From Macrostomum lignano (taxonomy: Eukaryota), in the NCBI GenBank assembly GCA_002269645.1, contig NIVC01003187.1, positions 1 through 64,000 on the forward strand: DNA of 64,000 nucleotides, read 5' to 3'. Below, one piece after another: positions 36,599 through 50,300 of the stretch. Every line of letters starts with the position of its first letter. Position 1 is the stretch's first letter. The notes below the pieces were generated by a model, which was not told the origin of the DNA, did no database searches, and saw only the letters and a list, made by a program, of their open reading frames with translations. The position numbers were made by a program, and so were the translations under genes.

Positions 36599-39500
36599 AT
36601 GGCAGAAGTGGGCAACCTATTGGACTTTGGTACACCTGATGATCAAAACCAAGCCCAAGTAAGAATTTGACTTTAATAAAGCTGCAAAAATTGCCATGGC
36701 AAACCAGATTGTTGACCTACTAAGACAGGAAGCAATTGATATGCATTTTACATTTTTTAGAAGATTCAGACATTTTGCATCTTGCCTTTACTATTACATA
36801 TTTAATTTCAGGCTGCCATTGAGCCCAACACAGATAATCTGCTAGACTTTGCTAACAATGAGGATAGTGCCATTGAAGTAAGTATTTGAGCTAATTGTAT
36901 GCTTTGCTTTGTATTAAAACAGTATATCTTATAAACATTGATATAATTCTGCTTTTCTTTGCTTGCTTTATATATAGATGCTGTGTGTTGTCATGTAGAA
37001 GTTATTATATCATATTAAACACCAACTACTTATGTATTATTATAATAATGTACTTCTTTAATGTGGTGCACCCCTATCTATTATATGACAACTTACACAA
37101 GAAATTTATTTGAAATTTCCTCGTCAAAAAATTTCAGGACTTCCCATCAGCAATTTAAATTGCATATTGAAAATCAGCTGTTAAATGTTTTTATTTAACT
37201 AATTCTGTATCCATTGTTGACTCATGCTTTCTTCTATAGTCTAATTAAGATATTAACAATTCTGAATATATGAATTTTAACTTAGCTTAGTAATAACCAT
37301 TGAGTACTTTTGAGCACACTAGATTTTTATTCTAACATCTGCTGACCCTAAATTTGACATTTTTCTGTTGCACACATTTTTACACAACTAAGCAAACTGC
37401 ATTGCGCACATATGGTACGTGCCCTGCTGCTGCACCTGTGGATTTAATTACACACTGGGCCAGCTCAGTTGCTGCCGTCTGTGCATTGAATTTTTCATTG
37501 TTTATAATAGTTGATCCAGCATGAATGCAGGATATGAAGCTTAATCATCACCCTCTAACTAGTGCTTTTCAATGCAAGAGCTTCGAACTACCCCATATGC
37601 CTGTATATTATTACAATGTGTGCCAGTGCGGATCATTAGTGCAACCATGCCATTGACTTATTTATTTGGTTTCACCATTCCAAACTGCATTTGAAATTTT
37701 CTTTATAAATTCCTGTGTTTTTTCGTTTAACCGTCAGTCTTGTTACATATTAACGCCTATTGTTTATTATGAATTTGTAAATCTGTTTTATTTGTTCGGA
37801 GTTATAGCGCTAGCGCTGGCTGACACTTGCAAGGAGAAGGGGGTGCTCAACCCTAGTGCAGTGCGTCACCCGCCCAATTCGAGATAAGAGGCGTTGGGTC
37901 TGGGTGATGTTGAAGTCTGCATCATTCTCTCTCTCTCTCTTTCTCTCTGTGTTTATGACCACTCCATACTCAAGCCTGAGTCAGACAGACGCACAGCCGG
38001 GTGTGTTCTCAGTGCTCAGTCTATTCATTGCATACAAATTTCACCCAGACACAATAACAAATAGTTTTTTGGCCATTATTCCACACGGGGCATCACAAAC
38101 CCGAAATGTCATAAACCCGAAATATCACAGACCCGAAATATCACAGACCCGAAATATCACAGACCCGAAATATCACAGACCCGAAATATCATAACTCCGA
38201 AAACCAAAATAGCAACACCCAGCACAAACCCGAAACATCATAACTTCGGGTTTGTGATATTTCGGGTTCATGATGGGAAGTGCTTTCGGAGTTGTGATGT
38301 TTCAGGTTTATGATGGCGACCCCAAAACGCATAATACACACTTAGCAAAATGTTAAGAGTTTCCACCCCAAAACCACTGGTCAACTTGTCTCAGATCTCA
38401 GCCCTTAGGCCTTAGGGACGCAGTTGAAATCAAATCGAACTCTTAATTACCTGCACAGTGAGGGCGTGGAGAAAATCTGGCGTATTCTATTTTTAGCAAC
38501 ACATTCTATTCAGTTTACGGCTTCTACACATGTATGCCTAAAGAAATACAGTAACGCTATAGCGATTTTGCACAGTAAATATCTGCTTATTTAACTGCGC
38601 AATAAGGACTGTAACAGGTCTTTCTAGCTATATATGTTAGTCAACGTAAATTCTGACTGCGTAGGAAGCGAATATAGTTGCGTAAATAACTTTATTTGGT
38701 TCTAATTTATTAGGAAATATGATGGATGGCTTTAGTGGCGGCTTGATGAACGAATTATTGTTTGAGTTTCATGAGTGTTTGCCTTCGTTTTCAGAGCCAA
38801 TCGGCACTTCCAGATTTGGAAGCGGAACCGACAGAAACAACAACGGAAGCAGCAGAGCCGCAGGAGCAGCTCACCGAACTGGTCGAGGGGGAAGAACGCG
38901 AGGCCGACGTTTGCGAGACAGTTGGTGAGGCCTGCTGACTGGCGGGGCGAGGCGCGGTAGAGAGGAGAGGAGTAGTCAAGGGAGATAGGTAGAAGGCGGA
39001 GAGGAGAATAGTAGACAGCGGAGAAGAGGAGTAAACAGCGGAGAGGAGTAGACAGCGGATAGGAGGAGTAGACAGCGGATAGGAGGAGTAGACAGCGGAG
39101 AAGAGGAGTAGACAGCAGAGAGGAGGAGTAGACAGCGGAGAGGTGGAGTAGACAGCGGAGAAGAGGAGTAGACAGCGGAGAGGTTGAGAAGACAGCGAAG
39201 AGGAGGAGTAGACAGCGGAGAAGGAGCTGACTATGGAAAGGAGTAGAGAAGGTAGAGAAGGGAAAAGAAGAATAGAGGGGATAGTGGAGTAGATCGGAGA
39301 GAAGACTGGACATAGGACCGTATGCGGCAATAATGGTAATAACAGGCGGTAGAAAGAAAGTGGGTCATAGCAGGGTTTGACGTCAATTTTTAGTATGCCA
39401 TGTCTATTGCTCTGCATGCGTGTGGGTGTACTAAATACGCACAGCAGTGTGGCAATCAAGAGAAACCTGACATGTAGTTAGCTTACAGATAGGCAGTTCA

Positions 39501-40598
39501 AGTGTGCTAGGAGTTCTTCGGTCAGCTGCCAGCACGCAGCCCCGCTGCATAATTGAGTGCGCCGACATTGCTTACCCGATCCCCGCTGCTATATTAATTC
39601 TGTTTACCTGTTTATCCTGCCCGATCTGACTGGCTGTCTCGCCTTTTTATCTCTCTTTTTGTTCTATTTGAAGCGTATCAGCTCTGTGCAGCTGCTGGAG
39701 CCAGCGGCCAGCTCAACCAGGTAAGACCCTCAGGCACCCAGGAAGTTGCATCCCGGGCTTATCTGTGAGGATAAGCCCAAATCTGAGAGGAAATGGGAGA
39801 AAATAGAAGGTGATAGATGAGAGACGGGATGAGAGAAGAGATAAGAGAGGAGATTAGAGAGAAGAGAGCTGAGAAGAGACGCAAGCATTGAGCGGGCCGG
39901 ATTGCTATTGTGAAGTTTCAAAGGACCCGAGGGCCGGATAGAGAGGCTTCGCGGGCCGGAGTTTGCCGACCCCCCCCCCCCCTGGTCTTAGCTGCACTCT
40001 TGTACTGCAACTAGTTTTTATCTTTCACTCACCAATATGGTCTTCCATTCACTTGCGTTCATTTAATTTATGTGTAATGTGTGTGAAATTCTTTTTTTTA
40101 AGAAAGAGTTTCTTAAAGCTTTCACTTAGCGGCCTCCTTGCTGATAACCAGTTAGCAGCCTTACGGCTGGGACTACAGTGCTCTACTGCGGCAGTGAGAG
40201 AGAGACGGAGAGCAGTCCAGATAAGACTGGGCTGCTATATCTCTTATAGCTCTCACATGCAGGTCAGGGTTTTCCCTAATTTTTCATATCTCTTATGCAG
40301 GCCAGTCACCATGGCATGTTCTGTCTGCTCGGGGTTTTATGTACCCCAAGTCATGCGGCAGCTTGAGGTTGGAAGGCTACTACTGTGAGCTCAAGTTTTG
40401 TGCCCCTTAAACTCCTGCTCATAGTAACTGGTTTTATTTATTGTCTTTATAGCCGGGATTTGGGATGCTGGGGCCTCTTCCTACCCCTTACTGCTGTGAG
40501 CACTGGGAGCTTGAGCACTGGGGAAAGAGAGCTTGCTCAGTCATGGAATGCGAGGGTTGGAATATGGAATTGTCTATCTATCTATCTATCTATCTATA

Positions 40599-40629
<31 letters not shown>

Positions 40630-41131
40630 ATATCTATCTATATATCCATCTATCTATCTATCTATCTATCTATACATCTATCAATCTATCTATCTATCTG
40701 TCTATCTATTTATCTATCTATCTATCTATCTATAGATAGTTTCCGGTGATCTTGTGTGCGTGCTTTCAGCTTGATTGGCTGCGGCAAGCAAGCTCGAAAG
40801 AGCTCGCTTCGCTCGCTCTTTCTCGCTATCTACTATCTATAGCCAGGACCTGCACCGGAGCGGTTACGAAAATTAGATTTCTCGGTAGTTGCACGTACTC
40901 TTTTGCACTACTTGAGTAGTCTGATTTTCGTTCGGCATGGCTGGTTCCAGCAGGTAGTTCCTCTGGATAAAAGCGCTTACCGCGCCCATTGGCTTTCCAG
41001 CTGCCTTAATCGTTTCCGGTGATCTTGTGTGCGTGCTTTCAGCTTGATTGGCTGCGGCAAGCAAGCTCGAAAGAGCTCGCTTCGCTCGCTCTTTCTCGCT
41101 ATCTACTATCTATCTATCTATCTATATATCC

Positions 41132-41163
<32 letters not shown>

Positions 41164-41186
41164 GTCTATCTATCTATCTATCTATA

Positions 41187-41235
<49 letters not shown>

Positions 41236-41258
41236 GTCTATCTATCTATCTATCTATA

Positions 41259-41324
<66 letters not shown>

Positions 41325-44300
41325 GACTTGACTAAAGTAACTATCTTATAGCTAAGAAAATATTTTGGGATAAGAGTTTCCTATCCATATTTCAAGTCAG
41401 GCAGCAGTCCATGACTGCGGCAAGTGCAAAGGCTCGCCGCCCGCCCACAGCGTGAGTCAGCTAGGGCTAAAATAGCTTTCAATGCAAATCGTGCCGCCGG
41501 CCACCAGTGGCTCATGAAGGCCGGCAGTCGCTGTGTGGTGTCAGTTCTTTTCACTCCCAGCTGCGCATTTGGGTTCACCGGCGCTGTACACACTGGGAAC
41601 TCCGGCCGCCGTCGTGCACACTTTCTTCGCATCTGCGTTCTCTGCTCTCGCTCTCAGTCACCCTCTTCCCAGTCTATCTTCCTCCCCTCTCACACACGCA
41701 GCTCTTACCGAGCACCCTTATCCCGATCGAATATTCCGCTTCTGGGTGCAGCCTTGGAGCGGCAGCGATCGATAAATGTGCTTTCTGCGCTCAGTTTTAG
41801 CCTCTACCAAAATTCTTTGCTCGCTGTTGGGCTCAATGGGAATAGGAAGGCTTTCTGAAGGCTAACTTGAGTATGTTTATTGATTCACAGATTGCTCATT
41901 AAGAATCCTCATGTATATATTTTTCCAGATCGATGCATGCGCAGGCCTATTCTTTATCCATTTATCCATAGTCATATGATTGGTCATACTTATTCCCTGT
42001 AGCTATTATGATCGGTCATTGGATTCTCCTGTAGCTATTATGGTCGGTCATTGGAATTCCCCTGTAGCTATTATGATCGGTCATTGGATTCCCCTGTAGC
42101 TATTATGGTCGGTCATTGGAATTCCCCTGTAGCTATTATGATCGGTCATTGGAATTCCCCTGTAGCTATTAGGATCGGTCATTAGAATTCCCCTGTAGCT
42201 ATTAGGATCGGTCATTGCATTTTCTGTAGCTATTATGATCGGTCATTGCATTTCCTGTAGCTATTATGATCGGTCATTGTCATTCCCTGTAGCTATTATG
42301 ATCGGTCATTGTTATTCCTAGATAGGCTGTTATGATCGGTCATTTTCACCCTCATATAGGCTCTTATGAGCGGTCATTATCCAATCATCAAAGCCTCACA
42401 AGGCCTAAAATCATCAGCTAGAAGTGAATTGTCATTTTTATCGTTCAGTGAACAATTCACGATTTTAAATTTAGTCACTCAGCTCTGTTGCAACTCAGTC
42501 ACTCTGTACTGTCATTATTGTGATTATTTTGGTTGTGCATCAACTGAACTTCCTCAGAGGAGGCTCAATCGCCATTGGAGCCAGCCGAATCCGGCACTGA
42601 GCAGCAGCAGGATCAGCAGCAGGATCCAATCATCGAACTGGACAGTCCAAATCCTGCCGACACCAGCGGCATGGCGGAGCAGCAGCAGCAGCAAGGAGAC
42701 GAACCCGCCGCCATTGACTTCGGCAGCATTCTGTCCGCCGACGGGCAGTCAGTTGCCAACAACGAGGAGGTCAAGGTCGACGTTGATGCCGATGTCGATG
42801 TCAGGGCCGATGCGTCAGTATTCGACAATCGACAATATGAAGTTGAGTCCAGCGGCGGTGGAGTGGTGAGTGCTCAGTGGATTTGGGAATTCCAGTCTGG
42901 CTATGCGCCTTATGCTTAAGCATGAACTCATTGTTTTTGTTGAATTATGGTCTGTTATGAATTATTCGATTCTCATTGGCTGGTGCTGGGTGTACACTGT
43001 CTCGCCCTTTTGAACTGTCCTTTCTTCCTAATCCGACCCCGCTCGACTCTCATTGGCTGGTGCTGGGTGTACACTGTCTCGCCCTTTTGAACTGTCCTTT
43101 TTCTTCCTAATCCGACCCCGCTCGACTCTCATTGGCTGGTGCTGGGTGTACACTGTCTCGCCCTTTTGAACTGTCCTTTCTTCCCACCCCACTCGACTCT
43201 CATTGGCTGGTGCTGGGTGTACACTGTCTCGCCCTTTTGAACTGTCCTTTCTTCCCACCCCACTCGACTCTCATTGGCTGGTGCCTTTTTCAGATCTAAC
43301 TTATGTTATTATTATCTACTTTTCCTTGCATGCGACTTCCGTTGCCTAAGTGTTTTTACCTTGATTAATACCGCTTTCCTACGTTATTTTCTATACCTGT
43401 GCTTGTGAATGGCTATTTCTGAAACCTGACTCTTGCTAAGTAATTAACTAATATAATTAATACTGGCAACAATAATGTACTACTCTGGTTTCCTTACATC
43501 CAGCCAACCTTTTGCTGCACTGGTAAAACTACTAAGTCTTAACTCTAATGAAACTAGGCATCCTAGAACTAGTGCTAATGACCCGTTTTCTTTTGCACAC
43601 TACCTGGATTAACCTTACAGTCATGAATCACAGTTAACCCATTCAACTGATTATTACGCGGTCAAAACAATTTACACTCATTGTTTGTTGTGTCGTATTT
43701 TTATTTTGAGTTAATGGTGTGAGATGGGGTCTTGATGTGCGGCGCTCTGATGTGCCAGCGGCCCAGGCTCGATTCCAAGTGCAGTCACATTAATTTGGGG
43801 CTAAATTGGAATCTTGGCTTGGCTCTGCTCGTGCAATTAACGCCCTTGAGGGCCAAACCCCCCCCCCACAAAGGCGCAGTGAAGTGTACATGCCTAACGA
43901 TAAAAAAGATAAGGACACTCCTGTACACTCCTGTGTGAGTGTGTGCCTGTGCGTATGACTGCGTACGTATCCGCGCGCTTGTGTGCCTGCTTAGGGGAGT
44001 CGGCGGAATGGGCAGTAATGCCTCTCGCCGGTTGTGTGACAATGTCGCTTAAAGTGCACAACCCCCTGTCTCTAACTAAGAAACTTTGTGACAGAGAACT
44101 GGTGACAGATTTCTTCAGTAAAAGTTTTAACGCTACTGACAGTAATAACATGCAGCTATAACAATCGTATTTAGCTACAGCTTTAGTGCATAACATTGCG
44201 AATCTACGATTAACTAACGCAGGAAATCTCTCTGCGCCCCAAATCGGAGCACGATTGGAGCACCAGCACCAAGTCTGTTGCCATGCAGTACAGCAATTCG

Positions 44301-47300
44301 ACTCATAATTCTTCTGGCAACGCAACGGCGGCAGTTTCTTCTCAGTCCAGAAATTCTTTCAATGTAAAAGCCCACACCTGCGCTGGCGCATGCTGTTTAG
44401 TCAGATTATATTCTCAGATCACGCTGTTTCGGCAGCCCTGTGTGCTAATTTCATTGCGTTCCTAATTTTTATGACGATTGAAATCTTAGTCATCAGCTTG
44501 ATATTTGTTGCCCATGGCAACGATTTTATTGTTGATTCAGCTTACTTTTTGTGTAGTATTATTCAATCTATTTAAATCCCCTTTGTTGTTGTCCAAGAAA
44601 ACTTTGGTGCTAAGTTGTACCGGCTCGCATCACAGATACTAGAATAAAAAGTTTAACTAGATGGGCCACTCAGCACATTTGCGTGCAAGCTACTTTCAGG
44701 TCAGTAGCAAATTAAACAGAAGCATTTTAATGTATTTTTAAAGCTAAGGCTCATTTTTTGGCTTTTACCCTTTAGCTTAAACCCTCCAACCGCGCCTTTC
44801 CACACTACCCCCCTCGACCCGCCCCAATTTATATTGCCTTTCGGAATTCCAGCCTAAAGCTGCCATGTACATTTCAGTGGACTGGCCAATGTACGTTGTT
44901 GCTGAACCAATTAGCAAGCTGTTTACGCCTGCAAGCTTGGGCTTCTAAACTTATCAAAGTCGTTTCAACTGGCTTTATTTTTATAAAATAGCTTATGTAT
45001 TCTTATTTGCTACTGAACAGAAAGTAGAAAGCTGTTTTACTAAGTATATATGCCTGAGTGGCCCATCTAGTTATTTTTGTATCTGTGCCCTCTCCTGATT
45101 CATCTGTTTAGAACTGCCGTGAAGATAGAATCTTTATTCTTGAAAATAATTATTATATCGAAATTCATTATTGATGTTCGAAATTTATCTAGAAATTGTA
45201 AGTTTACTGCACCAAGCATATAAACACCTGGTTTGATTCCGTGGGCGGCCACATTCATTTGGGGCTTGTACACGAAAAATGGCTGAGGGGCCAACCCCCA
45301 AAGTACAGAGGGTGCACATGCGTGACAATTAGAAATTCAAACAAAAATCAAAGAACCGCTGTACACCTTGTGTGAGCGTGCATCGAAGGTTAAGGCTGGT
45401 TTTCTAGTGCTATTTTTAGCAACAATTGACTGGTCCTATTTTTTTAACCAATCAGCGGGCGCGTAGGGGTTAGAGAAATTATTTATTGGTTTCGATTTAG
45501 CAAAACTGCATTTATTATATGCTTTGTAACTTTTCACTCTGACCAAGCGTACACTAGCTTGGTATGCTGTTCTCGAGAACAGAATGTCACACAATTGTCA
45601 ATTTAGTGTACTAAAGGGGAAATAACTTAAAAATGGCATGCTTTCACTCTTATGTCAGTGATAAATTCCACTGCTCGAGTCAAAACACGACCAATGATTA
45701 TTTATCAATATTTCAAGCACACTTCACGTACTTTCTGTGTTACAGGCACCTTTTAACCTGTACCTTTCTATTTATATTTATATATATATAACACAATTTT
45801 GATGCAATCAAGGAGCGGGCTGTTCCGGTTTGGTCAGCACCGGATGCGGAACCGGTTGCTTCCGCTAGTAAGAAGCCGCAGCAGCGGAAGCTGTCAGACA
45901 CGCCGAATGCATATTTTGTTGGCGTAGGAATTGTAAGCCTCGGCTATTGCAGCTAAGAACAGACTCCGTTTGCTAGCTATTGCCTGTCCACATAACAATA
46001 AATATAAGTTTATTAATCTGCGAGTTAACACGGCCAGCCACCACTAATCCGATTATAATGGAGATCAGCATTTTATTATGTAACTCAATATGGGTTTGAA
46101 GCTTTAACCGCTGGGCTAATCATAGCTGCCGTGGATTTTTTGTGGATTAGGGACAGATTTAGTTTAACTCGCATTTTCGAGCATTATTATAGTTGTAATC
46201 ATAGCTGTATAGAGTTTATGCTGTGGGCGTTACTGTGTCACCATAATTTTGATCGTGTTTTTACGCAACAATATGTGAAAAATTTAACTAAAATAATGCG
46301 GTCTGTGGGGAGCCTTGCCACACTGGCAAAAATGTCTCCAATTAGAGGTTCAAATTTCTCCAATAACTTGCGCCTAGCACTACTTTTTTTGCCGTAGTAG
46401 TTATTTTCGATGAAAATAATAAATTAAGGAACTTTTACTCTTCGATTTCAACAGGGCAGTCCAGGCGATGTGTGCCGCCTGTGCCAGAAGAAAGTCTACC
46501 CAATGGAGCAGCTCACCTCTGACGGTCACGTCTACCACAAATCCTGCTACAGGTGCCACAAGTGCAACCGTCTGCTGAGGTAAGTTATTACAGACCTGAC
46601 AGAATGAGTTACAGGTCTGACAGAATGAGTTACAGACCTGACAGAATAGTTACAGGTCTGACAGAATGAGTTACAGGTCTGACAGAATGAGTTACAGGTC
46701 TGACAGAATGAGTTACAGGTCTGGCAGAATGAGTTACAGGTCTGGCAGAATTAGTTACAGGTCTGACAGAATGAGTTACAGGTCTGACAGAATTAGTTAC
46801 AGGCCGAAAAAGTGAGCAGATACGATCAGATCAGCCTGAAATCAATAGAACGAATAGCAGCATGTTTTTCTACCAATCCATCAATCGTCAGCGTTGGCAA
46901 CTTTGGCGTCCTTGACAACCAGCTGTACTGCCAGCCGCACTACTTGGAAATTTTCCGCATGCGAGGTAAGCCGGATCTCTATCTCTATCAGTGCAAATTT
47001 GAATTTGCTCCAAAACGGCGTAAATAACGTAATTTAAATTTCAGGCCACTACCAGGCTTCGGCGGATCGCCCAGCCGCTGAAATCGTTGGTAAGTAAAAT
47101 TAAATATGGCTGCTTTTGTCAAAATGATATTACTAGCAGTAGTACTATACGTTTAATTTGCGATTCCACAGGCCGAGACAATCCGGTTGACGACGGCATC
47201 TCGCAGGTGCAGAAGCTCAGCAATCTGAAGTCTCGCTTCGAATCCAGCGGCGACTCTTCTGTAAATTTTCAGCTAATTTTTTTCAAAAAAATTTTAAAAA

Positions 47301-50300
47301 TTGTTTTAATGTGCCGCAATACTACTGAGTAAATGCATGAGCAACTGCAGTAGAAAGACGCTATACTCAGTTTTCTTGGAAATGTGCTGGATGATATTAG
47401 TCGTATCGCCAGTGCATTTGGTGTGCTCCACAAAACGCATAGCGCTGTCAAAGACATCAGTAGTGTGTTGCGCACGTAAATGTTCAAATTACGCAACAGG
47501 TAAAAATATCAAAAATTGCTATGACCTGAGTTCAATAGCTTCCCCAAAACACCTGCCGGAAGTTAAGTGCCTTCAAACTTTGCTGATTTTGGGCCGAACA
47601 GAATGATTTTAAGAAATCTACTGCAAACCATTGACCGTATCATATCAAAGTGACAGATGCTAGTTCGCAAAATAACCAGATAATTAAAGTTGTGAAAAGT
47701 ACAGCCTTTACTTTTTCAGTAGTTTGTCTGCGCAGTGTCACTTATGTGTTTTGTGGCAGCAAAACTTTCCTTCCCTTCCTCGAGGTTTGCGGCCTCAGGA
47801 GCATATAGGGTTAAGAATGAACAAACTCAATGTACGCAATTTAACACGCACCCGCAAGACGGATGAAACCTAGTCTAGGGGGGGGCAGGCTCAATCTAGC
47901 TCAGCCAATGAGAGAGGAGTAAAGAGAGACGTCAAAGTGAGACGGACGAAACTCAACCTAGGGGCAGGCCCAATCTAGCTCAGCCAATGAGAGAGCAGTA
48001 AGGAGAGAGATCAAGGTCAGACGGACGAAACTCAGCCTAGGGGGCAGGCCCAATCTAGCTCAGCCAATGACAAAGCAGTAAGGAGAGAGGCCAAAGTCAG
48101 ACACAAGCGGGAAAGAGGAAAGCCAAAATTTATCTGCCTCGCTGGGGGCTGGGCGCCACCTCTTTTCTCGCTCGCTCTTCTCTTGCTCGCACGCACTGGA
48201 TTTGGATGCAGCTTCAAACGGATTGAAGATACAAATTTAATGGTTCTGCTTGTTAAAAGCTCGAGTCGACTGTTGCTACTTCAAAAACTTTAAATGTATC
48301 GTAAGATTAAATGCTTTTAATTCTACTATATATAAAAAGTAAAAAACGCTTATTATGCTACTGAAAAAGGAGTAGATGAGCGTGAGTATCTGTGATCAAC
48401 AAGCAATGTGAGAAAATCGTATTAAATAAATTAATACATGTACTCATGCTGCTGCAGCAGCAGAGTCGCCTATCGATTGGCGATGGATCTTCGAGTCCTC
48501 GCAGAGCCTCGTCTCCCGCTGCCGCCGCGCCAGCCTCCAAACGCTTCAGCGCTGCCTCCGCGGCCAACGGCGGCGGCGGCGGCGGCGTTTGGAGCCGCGA
48601 GCCTCGTTGGAGTTCGCCAAACGTGGCCGACGTAAAAGTACACATGGAGCACTTTTTCTATGAAAAAAGATTTGCGTAATATAGTATACGTTGGCGCGTC
48701 GCATTTTAATCACGAAACGTTTTATCACTAGAAGATAAGGCTAATCGCACTTGTTGATCTCAATTATTTCAGATTTCATAATTTCATAAATCAATAAGCA
48801 TGCGTCCAGTTGCTGGCTGGAATTAATTACTCGTACAAATGTGCGGTCAAGTTGAACCTGTCAACTGTCCTATTCATCATGCTCGCACTGTACACTACTG
48901 ATAGTCAATGCGATCAGTAGTGTGTAGCAAAAATTTCATTTAATTTTTTTGCTGCTAGAAAATATTATTTTCAAACCTAAAAGTACACAAATCCGTCTCA
49001 TTCAGGTTGTCGTCACCCCGCCCGGCTCTGGTGGCCACCACCCGACACCCGGCAGCCGCAACGGTGCCCACTCCGATCCACCAGCCGATGTTGTGCGCAG
49101 CGGCGATGCTGTCCCGGCTGAAGGTGAGCTGCCGCCGCCAGGTGCCAGCAAGAGTGTGCTGGCCATGTTCCGCAACTTGGAGACGGGCGGCCAGCAACCA
49201 GCTAAGGACCAGCAGCAGCAACCAGGCAGACTGAAAGGGGTGAGCGCTCAGGGCATTGAGATTGAAGTCATTTTTCAGAAAGACTTAAATCTTTTTATTG
49301 AGTAGAATCGTACCTGTTTATTAAGGTAGACTCAATTCAGTTTACTGAGTAATTCAGTTTACTGAGTAATTCAGTTTACTGAGTAGACTCAATTCAGTTT
49401 ATTGAGTAGACTCAATTCAGTTTATTGAGTAGACTCAATTCAGTTCACTGAGTAGACTCAATTCAGTTTATTGAGTAGACTCAATTCAGTTTACTGAGTA
49501 GACTCAATTCAGTTTACTGAGTAGACTCAATTCAGTTTATTGAGTAGACTCAATTCAGTTTACTGAGTAGACTCAATTCAGTTTACTGAGTAGATTCAAT
49601 TCAGTTTATTGAGGTAGACTCAATTCAGTTTATTGAGTAGACTCAATTCAGTTTATTGATTAGACTCAATTCAATTTTTCCAAAAAAATTTTCTATCGAA
49701 GCTATCCAGCTGGCTTTGAAAGTTTTACAGGGCATTTTAACTGCTTATTTGGTTGTGATTTTTGTTGCTTTTTATTAGTTGTTGGGTTGATTAGATGATA
49801 GTCGAATCGCATTAACCAGCTGTTATCATTACTGCTAGTATCCAATCTCACGATTTGATTATTATCAATTTAAGGCTGAGTGCACTGAAATGCATATCTG
49901 ACTCATCGTCTAGCCTATGAGTGAATCTGCTGCACTGATCGTATGGGACTCAAGCTCTAGCACTTATTCCTAATCAGTTTTAGTCATTGAATCTGCCTCT
50001 CTTCTCCCATTGAATCTGCTTCTCTGCTCCCATTGAATCTGCCTCTCTGCTCCCATTGAATCTGCCTCTCTGCTCCCATTGAATCTGCCTCTCTGCTCCC
50101 ATTGAATCTGCTTCTCTGCTCCCATTGAATCTGCCTCTCTTCTCCCATTGAATCTGCTTCTCTGCTCCCATTGAATCTGCCTCTCTTCTCCCATTGAATC
50201 TGCTTCTCTGCTCCCATTGAATCTGCCTCTCTTCTCCCATTGAAGCTGCCTCTCTTCTCCCATTGAATCTGCCTCTCTTCTCCCATTGAATCTGCCTCTC

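Noticed and set aside
39692-39720. Micro-exon CTGCTGGAGCC...AACCAG|GTAAGA in the LIM gene
   Set aside because: It has good splice sites, but at 29 nt it breaks the phase-1 to phase-1 junction; unsupported without cDNA.
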